From assembly GCA_965232835.1 (NCBI GenBank), contig OZ247426.1, forward strand, positions 392,509-456,508: a stretch of 64,000 nucleotides of DNA, written 5' to 3'. The notes beneath the pieces were generated by a model. It was not told the origin of the DNA. It made no database searches and was given only the letters and a program-made list of their open reading frames with translations. This DNA comes from Dehalococcoidia bacterium (GTDB lineage Bacteria; Chloroflexota; Dehalococcoidia; Lucifugimonadales; UBA3495). The position numbers were made by a program, and so were the translations under genes. Positions 1-9,377 of this stretch are shown here, in pieces; position 1 is the first letter of the stretch; every line of letters starts with the position of its first letter.

Positions 1-548
1 TCGCGGACGCCCAGTTCCAGGAGACCACGGGCGATGCCCGCTGGCATCAGATCAAAGGGACGTGGCAACAGGATCACGTGCCGTCTGCCCTCGTTGATGT
101 AGTGGGCCAGTTCCTCCAGTTCACTTCCGGAATCGGCCCGCTTATGCAGGGTCAGAAATATAGAATCCTCGAGAAAAATTCCTGTGCGGGCCATTGCCAC
201 CTGTACCGAACTGATACCGGGAACCAGATGGACGCTGTCGGCCCGGCGCCGCACACGCTCGAGGAGTTCCCGCGCCGAGACGTTCAGGTCACCCCAGCAG
301 CAGACCACGCACTTCCTGCCCAGCCGGACCTGCTCCCCGGCGTACTCCAGCACCTGTTCCTGGTCCCGGTACGACATCGGGCAGACCTCGGCGTGGTCCA
401 GCAGGGGGCGCACCACGTTCAGCACGGTGTTGAAGCCCAGCACGAGATCGGCGTCCTGCAGTGCCTGGCGACCCTGCAGCGTAAGCATGTCCGGGTCGCC
501 TGGGCCGACCGCAACGAACGTTATCCGGGTGCCGCTATCTTGAGTAAT
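1..548 (-). CDS. cbiE: Tetrapyrrole (cobalt-precorrin) methyltransferase, CbiE-like; 3' end runs off the window; probable ATT start
   Basis: Not in the ORF track. Manual translation is open from 548 to the edge: ITQDSGTRITFVAVGPGDPDMLTLQGRQALQDADLVLGF...WGDLNVS...LVPGISSVQVA...FLTLHK...RHVILLPRPFDLMP. It has the GPGDP and PGISS motifs of tetrapyrrole methylases. AGGAGG lies 7 nt upstream, and the gene sits downstream of a B12 riboswitch. Confidence 0.75.
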   Translation of the reverse strand, partial: MTQDSGTRITFVAVGPGDPDMLTLQGRQALQDADLVLGFNTVLNVVRPLLDHAEVCPMSYRDQEQVLEYAGEQVRLGRKCVVCCWGDLNVSARELLERVRRRADSVHLVPGISSVQVAMARTGIFLEDSIFLTLHKRADSGSELEELAHYINEGRRHVILLPRPFDLMPAGIARGLLELGVR

Positions 549-764
549 GGCGCCGCCTCCTGTGTTCGGTTCGGGCGTTGCTGGCGAGTCTGGAATAGGT
601 AGGGCCTCGCCGGGTCAAAATTGCCCAAAAGTGGCCGTGGGCCTGAGGGTCGCCCCTCGCATAATAGAAAAATCCCCGGCTCAACTGCTGCCGGGGACGA
701 TCCCATTCGGGGTCAGGCGACATCGCCCATGGGTCTCTCTGTCACGCGCAGAAGCAGAGCACCT

Positions 765-926
765 CCACCCGGGCAGGTTTTCTGACTTACGAGTCCCGTT
801 CGGAGACCCGATTACAGTGGCGCAACCGTGGCGGACTCGCACCGCCTTGCCCTGATATATACAGAGAAGTGCGCGCGCCGACACCTATAGCTGGTACGGA
901 CTGCGCACTAGAAGTTCACCGGGTGG
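765..926 (-). ncRNA. Cobalamin riboswitch (leftward)
   Basis: Minus strand reads AGGGCAAGGCGGTGCGAGTCCGCCACGGTTGCGCCACTGTAA...AAGTCAGAAAACCTGCC (B12 box). Closing helix is 765-772 with 919-926. Confidence 0.85.
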
Positions 927-982
927 CAGATTCGATTTTTAAGGGACGCCCACAGCCAATGATATAGCTACAAGGCGAGGGA

Positions 983-1011
983 AGTGTAGATTGATACTAC
1001 TAGCGTGTCAA
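983..1011 (-). promoter_or_regulatory. Sigma70-type promoter for the leftward riboswitch/cbiE transcript
   Basis: TTGACA-17nt-TACACT on the minus strand. Confidence 0.6.
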
Positions 1012-1052
1012 TAGAGTTTTGCGCCTGTCATCCAATTCATTGATGGAAATGA

Positions 1053-1082
1053 TTGACAGCGGAAACAGAGGCTTGATATTAT
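1053..1082 (+). promoter_or_regulatory. Sigma70-type promoter for the btu/cob operon
   Basis: TTGACA-18nt-TATTAT with an extended -10 TG, just upstream of the riboswitch. Confidence 0.55.
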
Positions 1083-1101
1083 CGCGCCAATATCACAGCC
1101 A

Positions 1102-1271
1102 ATCAGCACGGCGTGCCCGACAATCGGGTACAAACAGGGAAAGCGGTGAAAGGCCGCTGCGGAGGCGCCACTGTAACCGGGGAGCCACCCGCTTGAGCCA
1201 CTGTTCAGTAATGGATGGGAAGGCGCGGTAAAGGCGATGATCCGGGAGCCAGGAGACCTGCCGGTGCTGAT
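1102..1271 (+). ncRNA. Cobalamin riboswitch (rightward)
   Basis: AGGGAAAGCGGTGAAAGGCCGCTGCGGAGGCGCCACTGTAA...GCCACTG...GGGAAGG...GAGCCAGGAGACCTGCC; P1 is ATCAGCAC/GTGCTGAT. Confidence 0.92.
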
Positions 1272-1386
1272 CTGAGCGGTCGCTCTTCGTCCAGGGAGTG
1301 CTCAGTTGCGGACCGGAACCCGGAAGGCGCCCCGGTCATTGAATTAGAGCAGTCCCTGTCGCGGCGGAAGCGACAGGGACTTTGTT

Positions 1387-2553
1387 TTGCAGACGGCTAG
1401 CTCCGGGGCGACGAACCTTCGTCCCGAAAAGGAAAAGCGCTCTATCGGCAAGGTACCGGGTTTGAAACTGGGGCAACTCTACCTGGGTTGGTTCAGTCGT
1501 TCTGCCGCCCTGGGATGGTCTCCTGTCCTGTTGAGGCTGGTGGCGGGAGCGGTTCCCCTTTTGCTGATCGGGCTGGCGCTTGTGATCACCGCCGTCGCGC
1601 TCGGTCCCTACAACATCCCCCTGTCCCACACCGTCGACATCCTTCTCAGCCAGGTTGGCATAGGCGAGGCGTCGGCGCCCCAGACCGAACAGGCCATTGT
1701 GGCCTCCGTCCGCATGCCCCGCATTGCCCTTACGCTGGTCGTTGGCGCCGCTCTGGGGGTTGCCGGAGCCGTGATGCAGGGCCTCTTTCGCAACCCCATG
1801 GCCGATCCCGGCATCATCGGCGTCTCCGCCGGAGGGGCCCTTGGCGCGATCATAGCCATCTCCACCGGTGCCCAGGCCGCTTTCGCCCTGGCGCTGCCCG
1901 CCATGTCCTTCGCCGGCGCCGGGGGAACCCTGGCCCTGGTGTACGGAGTGGCCTCCGTCGGCGGGCGTTTCTCCATGTCCGCGCTGCTGCTTTCGGGTGT
2001 TGCCATCGGGGCGTTCATTGCCGCCATCATCTCGGCCATCATCCTGTTCACCGAGAACCTCGAAGCGCAGAGAGACATGCTCTTTTGGCTTGCAGGAGGA
2101 CTGGATGCTTCGCGCTGGAGTGAGGTGCGCCTGTCCCTTCCCTTCGTGCTGTTCGGCGTGGCTATCGCGGTCTTCATGTCCCGGGATCTCAACCTGCTGA
2201 TGATCAGCGAGGACGAGGCTCGGTCCCTGGGTGTCCGTGTTGGACTCACCCGCAACTCGCTGCTGGCCGCCGCCTCCCTCATAACGGGCACGGCAGTTGC
2301 GTTCTCCGGCACCATAGCGTTCGTCGGCCTGATTGTGCCCCACGCCCTGCGGCTGGTCACTGGCGCGGACAACCGCGTACTGGTGCCGCTCAGCGCAGTG
2401 GGCGGCGCAGTGTTCCTGCTGGCCGCCGATACGCTGGCGCGAATGGTGATAGCCCCTGCCGAGGTGGCAGTGGGCATCATCACCGCTCTGGTGGGCGCTC
2501 CGTTCTTCCTGATGCTTCTGGCGCGCAACAAGGCCCGCGCGTCGATGCTGTAG
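1387..2553 (+). CDS. btuC: Cobalamin ABC transporter permease (FecCD/BtuC family); start uncertain
   Basis: RMPRI, QGLFRNPMADPGIIGVSAGG, A-x-SLGV and GTIAFVGLIVPH motifs; controlled by a B12 riboswitch. Confidence 0.88.
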   Translation: MQTASSGATNLRPEKEKRSIGKVPGLKLGQLYLGWFSRSAALGWSPVLLRLVAGAVPLLLIGLALVITAVALGPYNIPLSHTVDILLSQVGIGEASAPQTEQAIVASVRMPRIALTLVVGAALGVAGAVMQGLFRNPMADPGIIGVSAGGALGAIIAISTGAQAAFALALPAMSFAGAGGTLALVYGVASVGGRFSMSALLLSGVAIGAFIAAIISAIILFTENLEAQRDMLFWLAGGLDASRWSEVRLSLPFVLFGVAIAVFMSRDLNLLMISEDEARSLGVRVGLTRNSLLAAASLITGTAVAFSGTIAFVGLIVPHALRLVTGADNRVLVPLSAVGGAVFLLAADTLARMVIAPAEVAVGIITALVGAPFFLMLLARNKARASML

Positions 2554-2630
2554 GCCAGTACCCGGGTTCGTCCCGGGACTCGTGAAGTACCCATCCAAAT
2601 CGATTACCTATCCCGGAGGAAGGAAAAGCA

Positions 2631-3839
2631 ATGAAACTGGATCACGGCATTCGCAATCTTTTGTTGGTTATGGCAATCCTGGCTGTGATTGCCGTTGCCG
2701 CCATTGCCTGCGGAGATGGCGAGGCGACAAGCGAAGCACCCGCCACGGCTCCACAGGCGACGGCCACGCCAGTACCGGCAGAAACACCCGAGGAGCCAAC
2801 CGCCGTCCCCACTTCGGCACCCGCAGCAACTGCTGAGCCGACGTCAGAGCCGGCTGCGACCGAGGCGCCTCAGCCCACGAGCACACCGGAGCCGACGGCC
2901 GCGCCCCAGCCATATCCCGCCGTGCCAGGCATCGTTGACCCGTCCAACACCGGCTGGCCTCGCGACGTCGAAACCCTCGAGGGCGTGGTCACGCTGGAAG
3001 CGCCGCCGGAGCGAATCCTGACGTATTCCCTGGGACACGACGAGATGCTGGTGGCCCTCGTGCCGCCCGAACGGGTGGCCGCTCTGGGGGCGTTCGCCAG
3101 CAATGCCTCCTATTCCAACGTGGCCAACATTGCCTCGGAATACCCCGTATTTGAGAAAGGTGCCGAGAATGTCCTGGCCGCCGAACCGGACCTGTTTATA
3201 GTGTCGGCATTCACGGACGCTGATATAGTCGACCTCGTGAAGGATGCCGGGGTTTCGGTCGTGAGGCCTGCCCTGGAAAGTTCCGCCGAAGGGAATGTCC
3301 CCAACATATTGCTGATGGGATACCTGCTGGGGGTAGAGGAACGGGCCTTGGAGCTGGCCGCGGAAATTGAGGACAGGCTGGCGACGATATCCGACAGAGT
3401 TCCGCCCGTTGGCGATCCTGGGAGACCGGCGGTGATTTCGATATCCCGTTGGTCTGACTCCATCAGCGTGGCAGGGGGCGGTACCACCGGCAACGGAATC
3501 ATCGAGTCCGCCGGTGGCTTGAACGCAGCGGCGCGCGACGGCATTGATGGGTTCCAGACGATCAGCACTGAGTCCGTCGCGGCCATGAACCCTGACTTCA
3601 TCATCATCCCCCAGGGCGGCGAGGGCGGCACCTCGCTGCGCGACGATCTGCTGAACGACCCGGTGCTGGCTGAAGTGCCTGCCATTGCAAACGGCGAGGT
3701 CCACATTATGGATGCCCCGAAGCACATCACCCTGTCTCACTGGAACGTGCGGGGCATAGAAGCAACGGCAGAAATTCTCTTCCCCGACCTGTTTGCCGAC
3801 GTGACTTTTACGGATTTCGAGCCATACCGCGGGGAGTAA
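2631..3839 (+). CDS. btuF: Cobalamin ABC transporter substrate-binding lipoprotein with a Pro/Thr/Glu-rich linker
   Basis: Lipobox AIAC, EPT-rich linker, then a Peripla_BP_2-type domain (PPERI, E-x-VLAAEPDL, VPAIANGEV). Confidence 0.82.
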   Translation: MKLDHGIRNLLLVMAILAVIAVAAIACGDGEATSEAPATAPQATATPVPAETPEEPTAVPTSAPAATAEPTSEPAATEAPQPTSTPEPTAAPQPYPAVPGIVDPSNTGWPRDVETLEGVVTLEAPPERILTYSLGHDEMLVALVPPERVAALGAFASNASYSNVANIASEYPVFEKGAENVLAAEPDLFIVSAFTDADIVDLVKDAGVSVVRPALESSAEGNVPNILLMGYLLGVEERALELAAEIEDRLATISDRVPPVGDPGRPAVISISRWSDSISVAGGGTTGNGIIESAGGLNAAARDGIDGFQTISTESVAAMNPDFIIIPQGGEGGTSLRDDLLNDPVLAEVPAIANGEVHIMDAPKHITLSHWNVRGIEATAEILFPDLFADVTFTDFEPYRGE

Positions 3840-3843
3840 ACCG

Positions 3844-4668
3844 TTGACCCTTTCGACAAGCCCAGGACAGGCTGTAAGCGCAAGCGCGGCGGTCCTGTCC
3901 GCCAGGGACGTATCGGTCCGGCTCGGGGGCAACCCCATCCTGAAATCGGTGTCATTCGAGGCCCGCGCTGGCGAAGTCGCGGGCCTCATCGGCCCCAACG
4001 GCGCCGGGAAGAGCACGCTCCTACGCGTGCTGGCGGGGTTGCTCCGCCCTGAGTCGGGGGACGTGCGCATCGAGGACGAGCCGCTGAAGGGACTCAACTC
4101 CAGCCAGAGGGCGCGACGCATTGCGTTTATGCCCCAGCACGACGCGACACACCCCTTTACGGCCATCGAGACTGTGCTCATGGGCCGGTACGCCCACCTG
4201 GGCCGTTTCGAGCTCGAAGGAAGGCAGGATAGGGAAATCGCGCTGGCCGCAATGGCCCGCACGGATACGGCGCAATTCGAGGACCGGCAGCTCGACCGGC
4301 TCTCGGGTGGCGAGCGCCAGCGGGTCATCTTGGCGCGGGCGCTGGCGCAACAGGCCGGCGTCATTATTCTGGATGAGCCATCGGCCAGCCTGGACCTTCG
4401 CCACCGTCTTTCGATCATGGAAACGCTGAGGGAGGAGGTGGCCGCCAGGCAGGTGGCCGTGGTTGTTGCACTTCACGATGTATCCCTGGCCAGTCGCTAC
4501 TGCGACCGGCTGACCCTCATGTCCGACGGGCGCATCGCTGGGGAGGGGAGTCCTGTCGAGGTCCTAACCACGGAGAATCTCAGAAGCACCTTTGGCGTTG
4601 AGACGGACGTACATATAGACCCCGCTTCAGGATCACCCCAGGTATGGCTGATTGGGCCATCGGCGTGA
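3844..4668 (+). CDS. btuD: Cobalamin ABC transporter ATPase
   Basis: GPNGAGKST, LSGGERQR, LDEP and LHD motifs. Confidence 0.88.
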   Translation: MTLSTSPGQAVSASAAVLSARDVSVRLGGNPILKSVSFEARAGEVAGLIGPNGAGKSTLLRVLAGLLRPESGDVRIEDEPLKGLNSSQRARRIAFMPQHDATHPFTAIETVLMGRYAHLGRFELEGRQDREIALAAMARTDTAQFEDRQLDRLSGGERQRVILARALAQQAGVIILDEPSASLDLRHRLSIMETLREEVAARQVAVVVALHDVSLASRYCDRLTLMSDGRIAGEGSPVEVLTTENLRSTFGVETDVHIDPASGSPQVWLIGPSA

Positions 4669-4720
4669 GTTCATCAGTCAATCTTTAAGGCCGCGAATAC
4701 TTCGAGGCATGGAGTACACC

Positions 4721-5815
4721 ATGGCGTCTGGTGTCAGGGTCACACTCGCGCAGGCTTTGGAACGCACAGGGAGTCTGGATACTGCCGCAATGGCCCGGGC
4801 CGAGGCTAGGCAGGGCAACCTGACCAAGCCGCCTGGCGCCCTTGGTCGCCTGGAGGATCTTTCCATCCGGCTTGCTGGCATCTTTGGCACCGAGAGGCCG
4901 ACCATCGGCGGGAAAGCAGTGATCATCGCCGCCGGAGACCACGGGGTGGTCGCCCAGGGAGTCACCGCCTACCCGCAGGAAGTCACCGCGCAAATGGTGC
5001 TCAACTTTCTTGGCGGTGGCGCCGCCATCAGCGCTATGTGCCGGCACCTGGGAATTCGACAGGTCATCGTTGACGCCGGAGTCGCCTCCGATCTTCCTGA
5101 CAGCCCGGAGCTTCGCACGCTCAAGATCGGCAGGGGCACGGCCGACATGAGCGAGGGTCCGGCGATGTCGCGAGATCAGGCGACGCAGTGCCTGGAGGCT
5201 GGAATCAATCTGGCGGTTGAGGTGATCGAATCGGGCGTTGACCTGCTGGCCACTGGCGACATGGGTATCGGTAACACCACGGCATCCAGCGCCATCACGG
5301 CTGCGGTTACCCAGTTGGATACCGAACAGACTACTGGAGAAGGCACGGGACGCAACCCCGAGGAGCTGCAGCTCAAGGCCGGTGTGGTACGCACCGCGCT
5401 GGAGGTCAACTCACCCGATCCGGCTGACGGTATCGACCTGTTATCCAAGGTCGGCGGATTCGAGATCGGTGTCCTGGCCGGCGTGATCGTCGGCGCAGCC
5501 ATGATGCGCCGCCCGGTGGTGGTGGACGGTTTCATTTCCAGCGCCGCCGCCCTGGTGGCCAGCGCCGTTTGTCCGACTTCCCGGGATTTCATGCTCGGGT
5601 CCCACGTCTCCGCAGAGCGAGGACACCGCGCCGCCCTCGCCGCCCTTGAGCTTGAGCCCCTGTTCGACCTGGGAATGCGCCTGGGCGAGGGAACGGGGGC
5701 GGCACTGGCAATGCCGATCATCGAGGCTGCCGCTGCCACGCTGTCCGAAATGGCCACTTTCGCCGAGGCGGGGGTGTCGGACAGGGAGTCGGAGGACGAG
5801 CCTGACCAGAGTTAG
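4721..5815 (+). CDS. cobT: Nicotinate-nucleotide--dimethylbenzimidazole phosphoribosyltransferase
   Basis: LTKPPGALGRLE, GDHGV, GDMGIGNTT and MRLGEGTGA motifs; ATG at 4721 follows GGAG. Confidence 0.95.
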   Translation: MASGVRVTLAQALERTGSLDTAAMARAEARQGNLTKPPGALGRLEDLSIRLAGIFGTERPTIGGKAVIIAAGDHGVVAQGVTAYPQEVTAQMVLNFLGGGAAISAMCRHLGIRQVIVDAGVASDLPDSPELRTLKIGRGTADMSEGPAMSRDQATQCLEAGINLAVEVIESGVDLLATGDMGIGNTTASSAITAAVTQLDTEQTTGEGTGRNPEELQLKAGVVRTALEVNSPDPADGIDLLSKVGGFEIGVLAGVIVGAAMMRRPVVVDGFISSAAALVASAVCPTSRDFMLGSHVSAERGHRAALAALELEPLFDLGMRLGEGTGAALAMPIIEAAAATLSEMATFAEAGVSDRESEDEPDQS

Positions 5816-5827
5816 GGCGCGAGCCGC

Positions 5828-6697
5828 GTGAACGGACCCTTGGTTGGAATAAAGGCGGCCCTGGGGTTCCTGACCATCCTGCCGGTCGCTCCTCGAGACG
5901 CTGGAGGTCTGGCTTCGGCGAGAGGATGGTTTCCCGTGGTCGGGCTCCTGCTGGGGCTGGTCTTGGCCTGCCTCGACCTCCTGATGCAGTGGGGATACCC
6001 TATCCTCACCGACGAGAACCGCCATTTCCCCCCTGCGTTGTCCGCATCTATTCTCGTCGTGGCCCTGGCCGCTCTCACCCGCGCCCTTCACCTTGACGGG
6101 TTCATGGATTGTTGCGATGCCTTGTTCGGCGGCTTCGACCGCGAGCGACGACTGGCGATACTGCGGGACTCCCACGTGGGAGCCTTCGCCGTGGTGGGAG
6201 CGGTGAGCCTGCTCTTGCTGAAGGTTGCTGCTATCATGGCGCTGCCCATGCCGGTACGCTTCTGGCTTCTCCTGCTGTTTCCCTGCCTGTCACGCTGGGG
6301 AATGCTGCTGGTGCTGGAGTTGTTTCCATACGCCAGGACGCAGGGCATCGGGGTGCCCTTCCAGCCTGACGCCGCCCAGACTGAACGGCACGGCCCGCGC
6401 TGGCGTTCAGTGCTGGTGGCGTGGAAAAAGAGGAGACAACTGCTGGCGGGACTCGTAGTGGCTCTGGTCGCGACGGTTGCCCTTGCGGGACCGGGCGGGT
6501 TGGCCCTGCTGGCGCTGGCGATCGGCGTGGCGGCAGCGCTGGCGTGGTGGGCCTCTCGGCTGCTAGGGGGAGTTACTGGCGATGTTTACGGAGCGGTCAA
6601 CGAGGCAGTGGAGGCAATGGTACTGATAGGGGCGGCCATCCTGGCCTACGCGGTGTCCTCGAACTTTCTGCGACCTCTCCACGAATGGTCGTGGTGA
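5828..6697 (+). CDS. cobS: Adenosylcobinamide-GDP ribazoletransferase (cobalamin synthase)
   Basis: FLTILP, LHLDGFMDCCD, RDSHVGAF and GGVTGDVYGA motifs. Confidence 0.93.
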   Translation: MNGPLVGIKAALGFLTILPVAPRDAGGLASARGWFPVVGLLLGLVLACLDLLMQWGYPILTDENRHFPPALSASILVVALAALTRALHLDGFMDCCDALFGGFDRERRLAILRDSHVGAFAVVGAVSLLLLKVAAIMALPMPVRFWLLLLFPCLSRWGMLLVLELFPYARTQGIGVPFQPDAAQTERHGPRWRSVLVAWKKRRQLLAGLVVALVATVALAGPGGLALLALAIGVAAALAWWASRLLGGVTGDVYGAVNEAVEAMVLIGAAILAYAVSSNFLRPLHEWSW

Positions 6698-6715
6698 GGA
6701 TGACGATCACTGTAA

Positions 6716-7681
6716 ATGGAGTGGCGCTTATTTCCCGGAGAATGGTATCTTGACGCAGGAGCGCTGGTGCTGGCGCTGGTCTTGGACCTCGCACTGCGAG
6801 AACTGCCCAACCGGCTGCATCCGGTGGTCTGGATGGGCCAGACCGTTTCCTGGCTGGAGAGGGTGGGGCCAGCTCCCGAGTCTGGAAGGCTCGCCCTCGG
6901 TTGGGGCGCCGTGATGGCCTTGGCCGTTCCGGCACTGTTCGGTGGGGCGGCCTGGGTGGCAGCCAACGGCCTCCGTGAGCTGGGCACGATACCCTACCTG
7001 GCGGGAGCGACAGTGCTTCTGAGCACCACCTTTGCCGTCAAGGGACTGGCGCAGGCCGGGATTGGCGTCAAGGATGCCATGGACGAAGGCAGCATCGGCG
7101 AGGCCCGGCACGAGTTGCGCAGCCTGGTCAGCCGGGACGCCGGTTCGCTGGATCGATCCCTGGCCTCGGCGGCTGCCATAGAATCCGTGGCCGAGAACAC
7201 GACAGACAGCTACATTGGACCCTGGCTGGCGTTCGCCCTGCTGGGGTTGCCCGGTGCCTTTGCCTACCGGGCGGTGAATACCTTGGACAGCATGATCGGC
7301 TACAGGGGAAAGTACGAATATCTCGGCAAGGCTTCTGCCCGGCTGGACGACGTGATGAACCTGGTCCCGGCGCGCCTGAGCGCAGGGCTCATCGTTCTCT
7401 CCGGTGGCGTGTGCCGGCTGCCCACACGGCGAGGGCTGGGCTGGCTATGGAGAGGAAGGCGACTGACTGCCAGCCCCAATGCTGGCTGGACCATTGGTGC
7501 GATGTCCGGTCTCTTGGGCGTGGCCCTCGAGAAGGCAGGTCACTACCGCATCGGCGATGGGCTGGATGACCCGGCTCCCCGGCACATTAGCCAGTCCGTG
7601 AAGGTAGCCCTGGTGGTGGCGGCCATTGGTGCCCCGCTGGCCCTTGGAGTGCTGGCCTTGCGCGGGGTTGTGGCGGGTTGA
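6716..7681 (+). CDS. cbiB: Adenosylcobinamide-phosphate synthase (CbiB/CobD family)
   Basis: HPVVWMG, LVSRD, ESVAEN, YRAVNTLDSMIGY and SPNAGW motifs. Confidence 0.93.
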   Translation: MEWRLFPGEWYLDAGALVLALVLDLALRELPNRLHPVVWMGQTVSWLERVGPAPESGRLALGWGAVMALAVPALFGGAAWVAANGLRELGTIPYLAGATVLLSTTFAVKGLAQAGIGVKDAMDEGSIGEARHELRSLVSRDAGSLDRSLASAAAIESVAENTTDSYIGPWLAFALLGLPGAFAYRAVNTLDSMIGYRGKYEYLGKASARLDDVMNLVPARLSAGLIVLSGGVCRLPTRRGLGWLWRGRRLTASPNAGWTIGAMSGLLGVALEKAGHYRIGDGLDDPAPRHISQSVKVALVVAAIGAPLALGVLALRGVVAG

Positions 7682-8802
7682 TTCCAGTGGACTTGCCAAG
7701 CAGACAACTGAGGCCGGTGCATGGCGGCCTGAACTATTCTGAACTGGCGGCGCTGGGACTTCGCCCCGAGGAGGTCACGGATTTCAGCGCCAGCATCAAC
7801 CCCTTGGGCCCGTCGCAGGTGGCGCTGGAGGCCGCACAGCGGGTAAACCTCGCCGCATATCCGGATCCCGAATGCCTCGATCTCAGGAATGCCATTGGGC
7901 ACGCCACGGGAGTCAGCCCTCGAAATGTCCTGCCGGGCAACGGGTCCACCGAGCTGATACACCTACTGGCGCGGGCTTTCCTGTCCCCGGATGACACGGC
8001 TTTGATATTTGCTCCAACCTTTGGCGAATATGTGGCGGCCTGTCGCAACGAAGGAGTGGAGCCTGTCTCGTTTCGTCCCTCGGACGAGGGGTCGCCTGAC
8101 GCAAGATTCCTCTGGGACATTCCGAAAGCCATCGACTGCATCGCAGAGCTATCGCCATCCATCGTCTTTCTGTGCAACCCCAATAACCCGACCGGCGTAT
8201 ACCTGGGGGAGGAAGAACTCCGGAGAGTCGCAAGGGCCTTGCAGGGCGTGGGTGTGCTTGTCGTAGACGAGGCCTATCTTCCCTTCGTGGAGGAACGCTG
8301 GGATTCCACTCCCCTTCTGTCGCTGGATAACGTGGTGTTGCTGCGTTCGATGACCAAGGACTACGCCCTGACGGGCCTGCGCCTTGGCTATCTCCTGGCA
8401 TCGAAGGAAGTTGTCGGGCAGGTGCGGCGGTTCCAGTACAGCTGGAGCGTGAACGCGGCCGCCCAGGCCGCCGGCATCGCCGCCCTCTCGGATGGGGAGC
8501 ACGTCGCGAAGGGAAGGCAGGTGGTTGAGCGGGGCAAGGAGTACTTGAGGAAGGTCGCAGTGACACTCGGCATTGGCTGCCCTCCCGCTGCGGCCAATTT
8601 CCTGCTCCTCAACGTGGGATGCGCCAGCGATATCCGTGCCGCTCTACTGTCCGAGCACCGCGTTTGCGTGCGAGACTGTAGTTCCTTCGGCCTTCCTGAG
8701 TACATCAGGGTAGGGATAAGGGCCATGGAGGACAACCGCAGGCTGGCGGACGCGCTGGAGGCAGTGCTCGCCAAAGCGGGGGATCATTGCCCAAGCAGCT
8801 GA
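7678..8802 (+). CDS. cobD: L-threonine-O-3-phosphate decarboxylase (PLP class I/II)
   Basis: HGG, DFSASINPLG, GNGSTE, CNPNNPTG, DEAY and RSMTKDYALTGLRLGY motifs; located in a cob operon. Confidence 0.85.
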   Translation: MIPVDLPSRQLRPVHGGLNYSELAALGLRPEEVTDFSASINPLGPSQVALEAAQRVNLAAYPDPECLDLRNAIGHATGVSPRNVLPGNGSTELIHLLARAFLSPDDTALIFAPTFGEYVAACRNEGVEPVSFRPSDEGSPDARFLWDIPKAIDCIAELSPSIVFLCNPNNPTGVYLGEEELRRVARALQGVGVLVVDEAYLPFVEERWDSTPLLSLDNVVLLRSMTKDYALTGLRLGYLLASKEVVGQVRRFQYSWSVNAAAQAAGIAALSDGEHVAKGRQVVERGKEYLRKVAVTLGIGCPPAAANFLLLNVGCASDIRAALLSEHRVCVRDCSSFGLPEYIRVGIRAMEDNRRLADALEAVLAKAGDHCPSS

Positions 8803-9377
8803 TTTTTGTGCTGGGCGGCGCCCGGTCAGGCAAGAGCACCTTTGCAGAACAGCTCGCCAAGGAAGCCGGCCGAGTGCTCTACGTGGCCACCGCCGAGGCG
8901 TTCGACGACGAGATGCGCCAGCGCATCGACATGCACCGCCGCCAGCGACCAGCCGAATGGGACACGCTGGAGGAGCCTCTGGCACTGCCGTCGGCATTGG
9001 GCCCGGTGCTTGAAGGGTACGACACTTGCCTGCTGGACTGTCTCACCCTCTGGATCAGCAACATGCTCCTGGCCCGGGAAGACAACCCTACCGCCGAGCA
9101 GGAAATTCTGACGGCTGCCTGTGAGTTGCTGGAGGTCTACGATAGTTCATCCGCGACATGGGTAGTCGTGAGTAACGAGGTTGGTCTGAGCCTGGTGCCT
9201 CCATCGCCGCTGGGCCGGAAATTCCGGGATGTCCAGGGCCGTGTGAACCAGATGTTTGCGGCGCGTGCCGACAGGGCCTACATGCTGATCGCCGGGCTGG
9301 CCATGGACCTGAAAGCCATGGGTGCGGCACCCTTCGCCGCCGGCCCCTTCAGCGGCGGAAGGACACCCATTCCCTGA
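8787..9377 (+). CDS. cobU: Adenosylcobinamide kinase / cobinamide-phosphate guanylyltransferase
   Basis: GGARSGKS, EMRQRI-x2-H, DCLTLW and SNEVG motifs. Confidence 0.95.
   Translation: MPKQLIFVLGGARSGKSTFAEQLAKEAGRVLYVATAEAFDDEMRQRIDMHRRQRPAEWDTLEEPLALPSALGPVLEGYDTCLLDCLTLWISNMLLAREDNPTAEQEILTAACELLEVYDSSSATWVVVSNEVGLSLVPPSPLGRKFRDVQGRVNQMFAARADRAYMLIAGLAMDLKAMGAAPFAAGPFSGGRTPIP

Noticed and set aside
78-602. Plus-strand ORFs at the window start
   Set aside because: The real gene is the minus-strand cbiE-like frame, which the track missed because it runs off the edge.
991-1011. TTGATAC-N7-GTGTCAA palindrome resembling the one at the hspR promoter, suggesting a shared regulon
   Set aside because: The spacers differ (7 vs 5) and one arm is simply the -35 TTGACA, so coincidence is likely.
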